Assembly: GCA_965217115.1 (NCBI GenBank)
Contig: OZ244239.1
Location: 2,014,672-2,078,671, forward strand
Length of the DNA: 64,000 nt
Source: Bdellovibrionales bacterium
GTDB taxonomy: Bacteria; Bdellovibrionota; Bdellovibrionia; Bdellovibrionales; CAYMLA01
Direction: 5' to 3'
Part shown: positions 1 through 9,872 of the stretch, piece by piece
Layout of the letters: each line of letters begins with the position of its first letter
How positions within the stretch are numbered: position 1 is the first letter of the stretch
Program-made: the position numbers and the translations under genes
The notes under the pieces: generated by a model
Databases searched by the model: none
Told to the model about the DNA's origin: nothing
The model's input: the letters and a program-made list of their open reading frames with translations, nothing else

Positions 1-2
1 TT

Positions 3-1385
3 ACCAACGTGATACCTAAGACTTCTTTGAGTCAAGAGGCTCACAAGGTGGATGTTACTTTTGAGATTGATAAGGGAAGTAAGGTTTATTTTGGACGTAT
101 TGATGTAATTGGTAATACGAAGACCAGAGATAAAGTGATTCGTCGGGAGTTGAAAATTGCTGAAGGCGAGCTTTATAATGAGACGTTCAAGAGGGTGTCT
201 TTGGCGAATATAAAACGCCTTGGCTTTTTTGAAGAGGTCCATTTAAAAACCACCACTCCTGCTGGACAGCCTGAGATACTCAATATTGAGGTTGAGGTTA
301 AAGAGCGTAATACCGGAACTATAAATGTTGGAGCAGGTTATGGCTCGACCAGTGGGCTTAAATTTCAAGCACAAGTTAATCAAATTAATTTTTTGGGACG
401 GGGTCAAAACCTGGGAGTTACGGTTAATTCCAATGTGGAAAGTTCGACTTATAATTTGAATTTTACCGAGCCTTATTTTTTGGATACAAAGTGGTCTTTA
501 GGGACAGACATCTATAAAACGGAGACCCGCAGGCAGAGTTTGGATTACCAGAAGAAAACACTTGGTGGAGCTTTGCGTTTTGGTCACCCCCTGAGTGGAA
601 ATTTGTTTAGCGAAGTGCGTTTGAAAGTTGACGAAACTGAGTTGATCTCTAACGATGATTTGGATGAAGACCTTTATCCGATTAATGATCCTGGCCAGCA
701 GGGGCAAACAAACTCGGTTACTTTGACTTTGGTTTATGATAAACGCAATGATCGTTTTACTCCTTCCCATGGGTATTATGCGAGGTCTTCTTTAGAGTAT
801 GCTGGATTAGGAGGGGACTTAACTTATACTTTGGGGCGGGGAACCTTTCGTTATTATAAAAAGTTGTTTTGGAAAGTAATTTGGAGAAACAATCTCTCCT
901 ATTCGTTTATCAACTCTTCCCGTAGCGAAGTTCCCTTTAGTAGGCGTTTTCTTTTAGGTGGCCCGTTTAATTTAAAGGGTTATGATTATGCTCAGGTGGG
1001 GCAGCGTAGGTTTTCTAATAAGTTTTTTAACGCGCGGTTGGAGGCGATTCGTCAGGCTGAGGAACGTGAGCCGACGGCTGAGGAAATAGAGAAAGTGCGC
1101 ATAGCTTCTTTTCGTCCTTTTGGCGGAGAACAGGAGTTGTACTACAACATGGAATTTGAGTGGCCCCTGATTGAGGAAGCCAGGATCAAGGGGATTTTAT
1201 TTTACGATATTGGTGCAGCTGAGGATTCAATTAGAGCGTCAGATTTTTTGAGTGATTGGGGTGTGGGAGTGAGATGGTTTTCTCCCATTGGTCCGTTGCG
1301 GTTTGAATTAGGTTTTCCCCTTAATCGGGATCCAAATTATCATAGAGAAAAGGTGTTCAATTTTACAATTGGGACACCATTTTAA
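3..1385 (+). CDS. bamA: Outer membrane protein assembly factor BamA (5'-truncated by window edge)
   Basis: Last POTRA domain (GNTKTRDKVIRRE...LGFF), barrel start TGTINVGAGY, C-terminal GVGVRWFSPIGPLRFE...FNFTIGTPF; precedes skp-fabZ-lpxA. Confidence 0.97.
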   Translation, partial: TNVIPKTSLSQEAHKVDVTFEIDKGSKVYFGRIDVIGNTKTRDKVIRRELKIAEGELYNETFKRVSLANIKRLGFFEEVHLKTTTPAGQPEILNIEVEVKERNTGTINVGAGYGSTSGLKFQAQVNQINFLGRGQNLGVTVNSNVESSTYNLNFTEPYFLDTKWSLGTDIYKTETRRQSLDYQKKTLGGALRFGHPLSGNLFSEVRLKVDETELISNDDLDEDLYPINDPGQQGQTNSVTLTLVYDKRNDRFTPSHGYYARSSLEYAGLGGDLTYTLGRGTFRYYKKLFWKVIWRNNLSYSFINSSRSEVPFSRRFLLGGPFNLKGYDYAQVGQRRFSNKFFNARLEAIRQAEEREPTAEEIEKVRIASFRPFGGEQELYYNMEFEWPLIEEARIKGILFYDIGAAEDSIRASDFLSDWGVGVRWFSPIGPLRFELGFPLNRDPNYHREKVFNFTIGTPF

Positions 1386-1403
1386 CAAGAGGAGATACTG
1401 GGT

Positions 1404-1937
1404 ATGGGCAAAATAGTTTTAGTGATGTTTATGGGAGGACTTTTATTCTCTAGTGCGGGGTTTACGAAAGTTAAATTAGGTTGGGTGGATGTCCAAAAAG
1501 CCATTGAATCAACAACATCAGGTAAGAAGCTAAAGAGAACATTAGATGCTGAAGCAGAAAAAATGAAGAGATCTTTACGCAAGAAAGAAAAAGATTTGAA
1601 AAAAATGAGTGAAGACCTGAAGAAAAAAAGATCTCTGTTATCGGCTGAAATTCTTAGGCAGAAACAAGCTTCTTTTCAAGAAGAGATGTTAAAGTACCGT
1701 GATTTGGCACAGAAGAGCAGTTTGTCCTTGCAAAAAAAACAACAGGAGTTGCTGGTCCCTGTGGAAAAGGTGATGAAAAAGGCCATCCAAAGAGTGGCTG
1801 AAAAGGGTAAATTTGACATGATCTTTCAAAAAGGAACACCTAGCTTTCTTTTGTGGGCGCATGATAAGCATAACCTAACATCTAAGGTAATAAAAACCTA
1901 TGAAGCCATTTTAAAGAAATCTAAAAAGAAAAAATAA
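1404..1937 (+). CDS. skp: OmpH/Skp periplasmic chaperone
   Basis: Signal peptide, KLGWVDVQK motif, long basic coiled coil, position directly after bamA. Confidence 0.92.
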   Translation: MGKIVLVMFMGGLLFSSAGFTKVKLGWVDVQKAIESTTSGKKLKRTLDAEAEKMKRSLRKKEKDLKKMSEDLKKKRSLLSAEILRQKQASFQEEMLKYRDLAQKSSLSLQKKQQELLVPVEKVMKKAIQRVAEKGKFDMIFQKGTPSFLLWAHDKHNLTSKVIKTYEAILKKSKKKK

Positions 1938-1949
1938 GAGAAAAAATTT

Positions 1950-2405
1950 ATGGACATTCAGGATATAAAGAAAATTCTCCCCCATCGTTATCCGTTTTTA
2001 TTGGTTGATAGGGTTCTTAAAGTTGAAAAAGGCCCCAAGCATCCAGATGTTGAGGGTTTAAAGGTGGAGGCGATAAAATGCGTGACTGTGAACGAGCCAT
2101 TTTTTCAGGGTCACTTCCCCCACCGTCCAGTGATGCCAGGTGTTTTAGTTGTAGAGGCAATGGCTCAAGTGGGTGCTCTGGCTATAAATACCATTTCAAA
2201 GGGGAGTCAGGATTTTTCTTTGGTGGGAATTAATAAATGTAAATTCCGTGCTCCCGTGATTCCTGGGGATCGTCTGTTAATAAAGGTAGCTGCATATAAA
2301 CAACGCCAGGGAATTATTTGGTTTAAAGGTGAAGTCCTTGTAGATGATGAAGTGGTGGCAGAGGCTGATTTAATGGCTAAGGCTTTCCCTAGAAAGGATC
2401 ACTAA
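1950..2405 (+). CDS. fabZ: 3-hydroxyacyl-ACP dehydratase
   Basis: LPHRYPFLLVDR, FFQGHFP..PVMPGVL.VEAMAQ motifs. Confidence 0.98.
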   Translation: MDIQDIKKILPHRYPFLLVDRVLKVEKGPKHPDVEGLKVEAIKCVTVNEPFFQGHFPHRPVMPGVLVVEAMAQVGALAINTISKGSQDFSLVGINKCKFRAPVIPGDRLLIKVAAYKQRQGIIWFKGEVLVDDEVVAEADLMAKAFPRKDH

Positions 2406-3212
2406 ATGGAGCAGGTTGCAGGAGAGACGGTAATCCATCCCACGAGTATCATTAGCTCGGAGGTCAAATTGGGGCAGGGTGTTTTTGTTGGTCCTAATTG
2501 CCATATCATGGGTAAGGTTCAGATAGGAGATCGTTGTGTATTACAAGCCAACGTTCACATAGGTTCTGAATTTGGCGTGGTCGAGATAGGTCGTGGGAAC
2601 CGGTTCTATCCGTCATCTTTTATTGGAGGGCCACCTCAGGATATTACCTATGCTGATCAAGCAACGGAGCTTATTATTGGTGATGGCAATACCTTTCGTG
2701 AGTTTGGTTCTGTGAATATTGCGACCTCTAAAGAAGAGGGCAAAACAATCGTTGGTAATGATAACTATTTTATGGCCTACACTCACATTGGTCATGATTG
2801 TCGTATTGGTAGCCATATTGTGATTGCCAATAGTTCTAATTTAGGCGGACACGTCTGTATAGAAGATCATGTTAAGGTTGGAGGAGTTTGCAACTTTAAC
2901 CAATTTGTTAGAGTGGGTAAGTACGCATTTATTTCTGGTGGCTCGGTGATTATAAAGGATATTTTGCCTTTCTCGTCGGCAGGTGGCCACCCTTGTCTAG
3001 CCAAAGCGACGAATAAGGTTGGTTTAGAGAGGGCTGAATTTACTAAAGATAAAATTGATAGGATTCATCGTAGCCTTCGCTCTTTGTTGAAGGGAGATCT
3101 AACTCAGGCAGAGGTTTTAGATAATTGTGAGCGAGATTATCATAGCTGTGACCAGGTCATGTACCTTGTGAATTTCATAAAAAGTTCTAAAAGAGGAATT
3201 GCAAAGCAATAG
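2406..3212 (+). CDS. lpxA: Acyl-ACP--UDP-N-acetylglucosamine acyltransferase
   Basis: Hexapeptide repeats, GGPPQD, MAYTHIGHDC, N.VGLER motifs; follows fabZ. Confidence 0.96.
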   Translation: MEQVAGETVIHPTSIISSEVKLGQGVFVGPNCHIMGKVQIGDRCVLQANVHIGSEFGVVEIGRGNRFYPSSFIGGPPQDITYADQATELIIGDGNTFREFGSVNIATSKEEGKTIVGNDNYFMAYTHIGHDCRIGSHIVIANSSNLGGHVCIEDHVKVGGVCNFNQFVRVGKYAFISGGSVIIKDILPFSSAGGHPCLAKATNKVGLERAEFTKDKIDRIHRSLRSLLKGDLTQAEVLDNCERDYHSCDQVMYLVNFIKSSKRGIAKQ

Positions 3213-3294
3213 AGATGAAGGGAACTATTTGTGTGTGTATCTTTTCCTTCCATCGCTCTATCCGAATAGGATGATGAAACAAAGGATTGTGGGA

Positions 3295-4221
3295 ATGATA
3301 AAAGGCGCCGTTATTGGAGTGGGTTACTTAGGAAAATTTCACGCTCAAAAGTATTCATCTCTGGAAATGGTGGAGTTAGTAGGTGTCTGTGACCCCAGCA
3401 GAGAGCAATGTGATCGTGTAGCTGGAGAGTTGGGTGTGACGGCTTTTTATGATCATCGTGATCTCCTTGATAAAGTGGACGTTGTGACTATTGCGGCATC
3501 AACTCGTTTTCATTATGAAATAGCTAAGGATTTTTTAAATTATGGTGTCCATGTTTTGGTAGAAAAACCAATCACTTCTACGGTGGCTGAGGCACGAGAG
3601 TTGATCGAAATTTCTCAGAAAAAAAATATAAAATTGCAGGTAGGACATATTGAGCGTTTTAATCCTGTTTATAAGGCGTTGAAAGATCTGGTTGTAGAAC
3701 CTCGATTTATTGATGGCAAGAGATTGGCGATGTTTAAGCCTCGTGGAGCAGATGTGAGTGTGGCCCATGATGTAATGATTCACGATATTGACCTGGTGTT
3801 AGATTTGATGGGCTCTTCGGTGAAAAATGTTATTTCTAGTGGTGGAAATTTCTTTATGCCAACGACGGATTTTGTGAGTGCGAGTTTAGAGTTTGAAAAT
3901 GGAGGGTTGGTTCACCTTCAGGCGAGTCGTATGGAGGCGGATCATTGCAGGAGTATGAGGGTTGTTGATCGTCAGGGTGTCTGGGATGCAGATTTCTCAG
4001 GAGAACTAAAGAGGTGTTTGTGCCAAGGAGTGTTTGAGGGAGGAATGTTAGAGGCGCCTTTAAAGTTTGAGAGTTTACCAGTGAAGAAATATGATGCTAT
4101 GGAAGAAGAGACACGAGCGTTTTTTCAATCTGTTATAAACGATGAAGCTTGCGTGGTTTCAGGAGAAGACGGTCTTGCTTCTTTGGAGTTAGTGGAGAGA
4201 GTTATTAGTGGTGTCTTCTAA
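3295..4221 (+). CDS. gnnA: Gfo/Idh/MocA NAD-dependent oxidoreductase, probable GnnA (UDP-GlcNAc 3-dehydrogenase)
   Basis: GVGYLGKFH Rossmann motif, HVLVEKP, VGHIERFNP, DVMIHDID; located between lpxA and lpxB. Start taken at ATG 3295; the ORF is open from 3199. Confidence 0.8.
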   Translation: MIKGAVIGVGYLGKFHAQKYSSLEMVELVGVCDPSREQCDRVAGELGVTAFYDHRDLLDKVDVVTIAASTRFHYEIAKDFLNYGVHVLVEKPITSTVAEARELIEISQKKNIKLQVGHIERFNPVYKALKDLVVEPRFIDGKRLAMFKPRGADVSVAHDVMIHDIDLVLDLMGSSVKNVISSGGNFFMPTTDFVSASLEFENGGLVHLQASRMEADHCRSMRVVDRQGVWDADFSGELKRCLCQGVFEGGMLEAPLKFESLPVKKYDAMEEETRAFFQSVINDEACVVSGEDGLASLELVERVISGVF

Positions 4222-5389
4222 AAGAATTCTAATGATATCGGCCGAAGCCAGCAGTGCCTTGTATGGGTTGAGAATTTTGCAGGAATGGCAGAGAGAGGGG
4301 AGAGATTATCAGGTTTATGGTATTGGCTCTCGGGATATGGAGGAGAGTGGTCTTGAGTGTTTAGGTTACGCTGAAGATTTGGCTGTGGTAGGATTTCGTG
4401 AAGTTCTGTCTAAGTATAAAGAGATTAAAAAAGTCTATGGAGAAGTCCTTAGAAAAGTGAACAGTCATCCACCAGATGTGGCTGTTTTATTGGACTATCC
4501 CGGATTTAATTTAAGATTAGCAAAGGAATTGAAAAAAAAAAGAATTAAAGTTCTTTACTATATTGCACCCCAGGTGTGGGCTTGGCGGAAAGGTCGGGTT
4601 AAGACGATACGTCGTTATGTAGATGAAGTTCTCTGTATTTTACCTTTTGAGGAAAACTTTTATAAAGAGCATGGAGTGAATGCGAGATTTGTTGGTCACC
4701 CTTTATTAGATGAATTCGATACTGCGCTTTACAGTGAAGATGTGCGCTCTGTACACAGAGGGCGATTTTTTTTTACTGAGGAGGATCAGGTCTTGGGTTT
4801 AATGCCAGGGAGTCGACACGGAGAATTGAAATATAATTTCCCGGTACAGTTGTCAGTGGCTAAGAAGTTGCACCTTAAATATCCTAAATTAAAAATCGCT
4901 ATTTTGGTGGCACCGACTCTGAAAAGGGAAGAGCTGATGGAGTATTTGCAGGAGTTTAAATGTCCCTATGTTGTGATTCAGGATGAGCCCCTTAAAATGA
5001 TTCAGATGGTAGATGTGATGTTGTGTAAATCGGGAACCTCTACGTTGATGGTGGGTTTGATGGGTGTGCCAATGGTCATTATGTATAAAGTAAGTTTTTT
5101 AACAGGAATTGTAGGTAAAATTCTTGTTTCAGGCTTTATTGGTTTAGTGAACATTATTATGAATAAGGAAATCGTGCCAGAGAGGATTCAGGGTGAGGCG
5201 ACAGAGAGAGAATTAGAAGCTCTCTTGGAGAGGATTATGAAAGATGACACCTATTCTTGTGAGATGAAGGATAATTTAAAAAAATTAAAAGAAAAATTAG
5301 AGAACGGTAAAGAGGCAGTGACACAGGGAGTAAGGCCCAAGATGACAGTCGGGCAGAATGTGGCATCAATTATTGAAGGCTATCTGTGA
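4208..5389 (+). CDS. lpxB: Lipid-A-disaccharide synthase
   Basis: AEASSA, DYPGFN, YYIAPQVWAWR, ILPFE, FVGHPL, PGSR motifs. Confidence 0.97.
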   Translation: MVSSKRILMISAEASSALYGLRILQEWQREGRDYQVYGIGSRDMEESGLECLGYAEDLAVVGFREVLSKYKEIKKVYGEVLRKVNSHPPDVAVLLDYPGFNLRLAKELKKKRIKVLYYIAPQVWAWRKGRVKTIRRYVDEVLCILPFEENFYKEHGVNARFVGHPLLDEFDTALYSEDVRSVHRGRFFFTEEDQVLGLMPGSRHGELKYNFPVQLSVAKKLHLKYPKLKIAILVAPTLKREELMEYLQEFKCPYVVIQDEPLKMIQMVDVMLCKSGTSTLMVGLMGVPMVIMYKVSFLTGIVGKILVSGFIGLVNIIMNKEIVPERIQGEATERELEALLERIMKDDTYSCEMKDNLKKLKEKLENGKEAVTQGVRPKMTVGQNVASIIEGYL

Positions 5390-6471
5390 AGATAATATTA
5401 TTCCCTCTTTTAATCTTACTGAGCGTTCTTTATGGGGTCGCTGTTTTCTTTAAGAGAACTTTTTATTTAAAAGATATTTTATTGAGACGAGAAGTTTCTG
5501 TGCCTGTTGTGAGTGTGGGGAATTTGACTGTGGGTGGCACGGGTAAAACTCCTGTGGTGAGTTATCTTATACGTTTTTTTAGTGATCAAGGCTTAAAGGT
5601 TGGAGTGGTGAGCCGTGGGTATAAGGGGGACTTTAAGGGGATTCAAAGAGTGGATTTGAAAAAAGAGGGGAACTTTGGTGATGAGCCGATGATGCTTGCT
5701 GCTCGTTTTCCTCAAGTGCCTATTTATGTTGGTAGAGATAAGTCGCAAGCGTGTCAGATGTTGCTTGAGAAAGAATCAGCCAATGGTTCGGTAGATATGA
5801 TTATTGTGGATGATGGTTTTCAGCATTGGCGACTTAAACGAGATAGGGACATCGTTTTGCTTGATAGCACAAAATCTTGTGAGATTTTTTTTGGAGAGTA
5901 CGCCCTGCTGCCCTTGGGAAAAGGGCGAGAGGGTTTCAGTCAGTTGAGGCGTTCTGACGTTGTGTTCTTAACTAAAGTGGGTTGGGGAGAAGAGAAGAGT
6001 CTGCAAAATATACGCGAGAGACTATCTTGTTATCCTGTGCCTGTTGTGGAGTGGAAGTTTGCATTGAGTGGGCTGAGAGACATAATGACTGGAGAGATGG
6101 TCTCGGAGCGGGATTTACAAAGAATGAAAGATGATAAATGGGGATTGGCTTCAGGTATTGGCAGTCCAAAGAGTTTTGAAGAAGCTGTAAAGAAGGATCT
6201 TAATTTTAAAGTGGCTTGGCATAAGGTGTATGCAGATCATTATAATTTTAAACTTGAAGATTTAAATAAATTACTAGAGAGAGCTGATTCAACGGGAGTA
6301 AAAGGAATTCTTATCAGTGAGAAAGACAGCATTAAGTGGAGAAGGCACACAGAGATGTTGAAGAGTCAGGTAAAAGGGCAAATGGGAAATATTTTGGTGG
6401 CAGAGCTTGAAATTTCCCCTTGTTCCTCTGTAGACTGGAAGAATGTCCTCGCTCATAATTTATCTCTTTAG
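5386..6471 (+). CDS. lpxK: Tetraacyldisaccharide 4'-kinase
   Basis: VGNLTVGGTGKTP, SRGY, GDEP, DDGFQH, LLP.G..RE motifs. Confidence 0.97.
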   Translation: MKIILFPLLILLSVLYGVAVFFKRTFYLKDILLRREVSVPVVSVGNLTVGGTGKTPVVSYLIRFFSDQGLKVGVVSRGYKGDFKGIQRVDLKKEGNFGDEPMMLAARFPQVPIYVGRDKSQACQMLLEKESANGSVDMIIVDDGFQHWRLKRDRDIVLLDSTKSCEIFFGEYALLPLGKGREGFSQLRRSDVVFLTKVGWGEEKSLQNIRERLSCYPVPVVEWKFALSGLRDIMTGEMVSERDLQRMKDDKWGLASGIGSPKSFEEAVKKDLNFKVAWHKVYADHYNFKLEDLNKLLERADSTGVKGILISEKDSIKWRRHTEMLKSQVKGQMGNILVAELEISPCSSVDWKNVLAHNLSL

Positions 6472-7318
6472 GTTTCTTAGCTTTTCCGTTCTTATTTCTC
6501 CCAGATGGTTGCGTAATCTGTGTGGTGATGCCATTGGAATCCTATGGTTTGATGTCCTACGTTTACGTCGTCAGACGGTGTTGAGTAACCTGACCATTGC
6601 CTTTCCAGATTGGGACTTAAAGAAGCGCACAAAGATGGGTCGTCGCTCTCTGTGTAATATGGGGCGAGGTTTTATGGATTTTTTACTCCTCCCCTATGCT
6701 GATAAGAAATGGATGGATGAAAATTTCGTTTTTGAAGGTCTTGAGAATTGGGAAAAGGCTCACGCTAAAGGCAGGGGAGTTCTGCTCTTAGGACTGCACT
6801 TGGGAATGGGAGACTTGGCCCTTGCCGGGATAGGGCTCAAAGGAATCCCAATAAGTGTCATCACAAAAGCATTTAAAGCAAACTGGGCGGAAAACTTTTG
6901 GAATGAGTATCGTGGTAGATTTGGTGTTGAGTTTATTAAAGATCGCAGGAGTTCTTTTGATATTTTGAAGGGGTTGAAAAACAATCGTGGGGTTGTTTTT
7001 GTTTTGGATCAATTTCATGGCCCTCCCATAGGAATTCGTAGTTATTTCTTCGGTAAGGAGACAGGAACGGCTTATGGGTTAGCTGTTTTTGCATTAAAAA
7101 CCCAGGCACCAGTGATCCCTCTGTATGTATATAAAGGGGAAGATCATAAATTTCATTTGGTTTTTGGAGATGAGGTGCTTTTGGAAAATCAGAATGATCG
7201 TGATAAAACGGTGAGCTACATGACGCAGAAGTATGATTTAGTAGTGGAAGATATCGTGAGGCGTTTTCCTCAGCACTGGCTTTGGGTTCATCGCCGTTGG
7301 AAGGAGTATAGAGATTAG
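6443..7318 (+). CDS. lpxL: Lipid A late (lauroyl/myristoyl) acyltransferase
   Basis: HLGMGD (HxxxxD/E), LDQ, FFG, P.HWLWVHRRWK motifs. Confidence 0.9.
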   Translation: MSSLIIYLFRFLSFSVLISPRWLRNLCGDAIGILWFDVLRLRRQTVLSNLTIAFPDWDLKKRTKMGRRSLCNMGRGFMDFLLLPYADKKWMDENFVFEGLENWEKAHAKGRGVLLLGLHLGMGDLALAGIGLKGIPISVITKAFKANWAENFWNEYRGRFGVEFIKDRRSSFDILKGLKNNRGVVFVLDQFHGPPIGIRSYFFGKETGTAYGLAVFALKTQAPVIPLYVYKGEDHKFHLVFGDEVLLENQNDRDKTVSYMTQKYDLVVEDIVRRFPQHWLWVHRRWKEYRD

Positions 7319-7322
7319 GATC

Positions 7323-8279
7323 ATGAAAGAGGGAGCCCTTTTATTTTTTTGTTCTATCTTGACCTCTTGCCAGACGGCGGTTTTAGACTCGAATTATATG
7401 AAAGACACCTCTAACTCAGAAGAGTATGGACAGTTAATAAGTGTAAAACCAATGTCTAAGGCGATCGTGAAGGATAAGCCCCCTAAAAGAAAAGAAAAAC
7501 CCGTCGCTAGAAAGAAGGAAAAATCAGAGCATTTGCCTAAACTTGAGGACAGTGAGGGTTTTTTAAAGAGAAGACCTTTAAAAGATCCATTTCGTGTGGG
7601 TGAGCGCGTGCGTTTACGTCTGACTTACTTTGGGGTTCCGGCGGGGTTTTTGAGTTTAGAGGTGAGGCCCTTTGTTAAAGTCAATGGGCGCAAGTCCTAT
7701 GAGTTCGTGACGAGAGTTAAATCCAATGGGGTGTTTTCGTTATTTTATTCTGTGGATGACGTCGTGAAGACCCATGTGGATTATGAAACTCTCCTTCCCT
7801 ATAACTTCTCTCTTGATGTGAAAGAGAGCAAGCAGCTGGTGAAGGCCCAAGCCTACTATAATAGTAAAACAAATAGAGCGACTTATTGGGAAAAGAAAAT
7901 AACAGAGGATAAAGGGATACAGGAGATGCGTAAAGATTGGAGTGCAGCTCCTTATAGCCAAAATGTTTTTAGTGCTGCGTTTTACATGAGGACTTTTACC
8001 TATAGAACAGGTAAAAAATTGACTTTTCGCGTGGCAGACAAGGGAGAGAATATTGTTTTTACAGGTCATGTTTTGCGCCGAGAGAGAATAAAGACCAAAG
8101 TGGGCGAGTTGGACACGATTGTGGTGCAGCCTCGTATTGGTATAAAGGGTGCTTTTAAGTCTATGGGTGAGATTCTCTTTTGGTTGACTGATGATGATAG
8201 GAAGCTTCTTGTTAAATTAAAGTCAAAGATTCAGATTGGTAGCATCGTAGGATATTTGGATGAACTAAAATCTCAATAG
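7323..8279 (+). CDS. DUF3108 family lipoprotein
   Basis: Lipobox-like LTSC, PFRVGE..Y, W.TDDDRK..VK C-terminal pattern; often found near lipid A genes. Confidence 0.75.
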   Translation: MKEGALLFFCSILTSCQTAVLDSNYMKDTSNSEEYGQLISVKPMSKAIVKDKPPKRKEKPVARKKEKSEHLPKLEDSEGFLKRRPLKDPFRVGERVRLRLTYFGVPAGFLSLEVRPFVKVNGRKSYEFVTRVKSNGVFSLFYSVDDVVKTHVDYETLLPYNFSLDVKESKQLVKAQAYYNSKTNRATYWEKKITEDKGIQEMRKDWSAAPYSQNVFSAAFYMRTFTYRTGKKLTFRVADKGENIVFTGHVLRRERIKTKVGELDTIVVQPRIGIKGAFKSMGEILFWLTDDDRKLLVKLKSKIQIGSIVGYLDELKSQ

Positions 8280-8751
8280 GTGAGAAGGTGTCTAAAACCA
8301 CACAAAAACAAGGGAGTTCACCCTGCCATTGAGGGGGGAGATAACGCGCTACACCTTAAATTAATGGGGCTCCATTGTTTTTTTTTACCGGGGAGCTAGG
8401 GCGATAAATACAGTTCTCTGCCTGGAAAAACTCTCCAGAAATCATGTCTTTTTCTATCTTGATCTCCTTTCCAGGAGTGCTTTTTATGGTTTTTGAACGG
8501 GGTTGTACTATGGAGCGAGAGGTTCTTTTTAGGGGATCATTTTAAGTGAGTCCCCCTATTATTTAGGTGGCGGCGAGCATCATAGCTGGCCTAAGGTATA
8601 GAAAAAGGGTTGCCAGTCATATATTTTATCTGAAACCATATATATCAGGTAGGAAATTTTAAAAATAGAACATCGGTCGAGCAGTCTCTGAAATAGGTTA
8701 GGGCAGTTTGGCCAAAGACTTTAACAACATTGCCGTTCTTTGGAGGACTAA

Positions 8752-9786
8752 ATGAAAAAAATTCTTAGTACACTTGTAGGAATCATGCTGTTTACAACAG
8801 TGAGTCACGCATCTAAGGCTAGATTAAATGCTTTAGGGCAAGATGGAGATGGATCTTTATACATCTTAGACAACCGTAACATTTTTCTAAACCCATCAAC
8901 GTTGAATGATGTGAAAAGTGGTATTTACACTGAATGGGGCTCTAACCCAGAAGGTGGATTTGTTAAGTATTTAGGGGGTATGAAATTTGGTTTTCATATG
9001 GGCTCTGATTCAGCACCCGACTATAACGGTAAGTACTTGCACTCTGGTAACGGTCTTGACTTTTTCTTAGCTGGTGAATCACGGGTTAAGTGGGGTGTCG
9101 CTCTTTCCTATGTATCAAATGAATTGAAAGATGGTGATGATGACGTATTTAAAGAGAGTTCAACCGGTCTTAAACTGGGTGCTTCACGGGGCAACTGGTC
9201 AGCATTTGCTCACCTTGGATTGGGTGGAAAAGCTGAAGGGAGTATTTTTAATGACGAAGATGGGCAGCAGCCTGACGATATTAATGATGTCGCAGAAGGT
9301 AAATCATCTTACACTCTTGGTGGAACCTACAACGTAGGTCAAGGAACTGTTTTTCTTAAGTATAAAACTGGAGAGACAGAAGTAAGTGGAGTGGATACTA
9401 ATTTAAGTAAATCTGCTACTTCCCTTGGTTGGCACAACGGTCATGACATGGGTGATAACGGAATGTGGTTTTACACACTGTCTTATGATAAAGAAACGGC
9501 TGAGGGCGGAGCTTTTGACTTGGATTTTGAAGACACAGCTCTTAAGTCGATTATTGGTTTTGAAGCCCAAGGAGCTAGCTGGCTAACTTTACGTGGGTCT
9601 GTTTCCCAACGCACTTTCATCAATGAAGGCAGTGATGGATCTGTTCCAAACACAACAGCTGTTGCGGCGGGTGCTACGCTTAACTTTGGTAGCTTAAGTA
9701 TTGATGGAAGCCTAGGAAGTATTGGTGATGCAAGTTTAAACGCTTTTGATCTACTTTCTGACGTTGCCCTATCTTACTCGTTCTAA
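8752..9786 (+). CDS. Major outer-membrane porin-like protein (resembles the Bdellovibrio major OMP/PopA family)
   Basis: Signal peptide ending SHA, mature start SKARLNALGQ, D.RNIFLNP, Gly-rich amphipathic strands, C-terminal YSF; strong RBS GGAGG and its own terminator. Confidence 0.75.
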   Translation: MKKILSTLVGIMLFTTVSHASKARLNALGQDGDGSLYILDNRNIFLNPSTLNDVKSGIYTEWGSNPEGGFVKYLGGMKFGFHMGSDSAPDYNGKYLHSGNGLDFFLAGESRVKWGVALSYVSNELKDGDDDVFKESSTGLKLGASRGNWSAFAHLGLGGKAEGSIFNDEDGQQPDDINDVAEGKSSYTLGGTYNVGQGTVFLKYKTGETEVSGVDTNLSKSATSLGWHNGHDMGDNGMWFYTLSYDKETAEGGAFDLDFEDTALKSIIGFEAQGASWLTLRGSVSQRTFINEGSDGSVPNTTAVAAGATLNFGSLSIDGSLGSIGDASLNAFDLLSDVALSYSF

Positions 9787-9810
9787 GCTAAGTTTTATTT
9801 AAAACTGATT

Positions 9811-9840
9811 AAAAAGGAGACTGTAGAGTCTCCTTTTTTT
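9811..9840 (+). terminator. Rho-independent (bidirectional) terminator
   Basis: AAAAAGGAGACT-GTAG-AGTCTCCTTTTTTT. Confidence 0.9.
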
Positions 9841-9872
9841 ATATTTGTGTTTCTTTAATAGTTTATAAAAGG

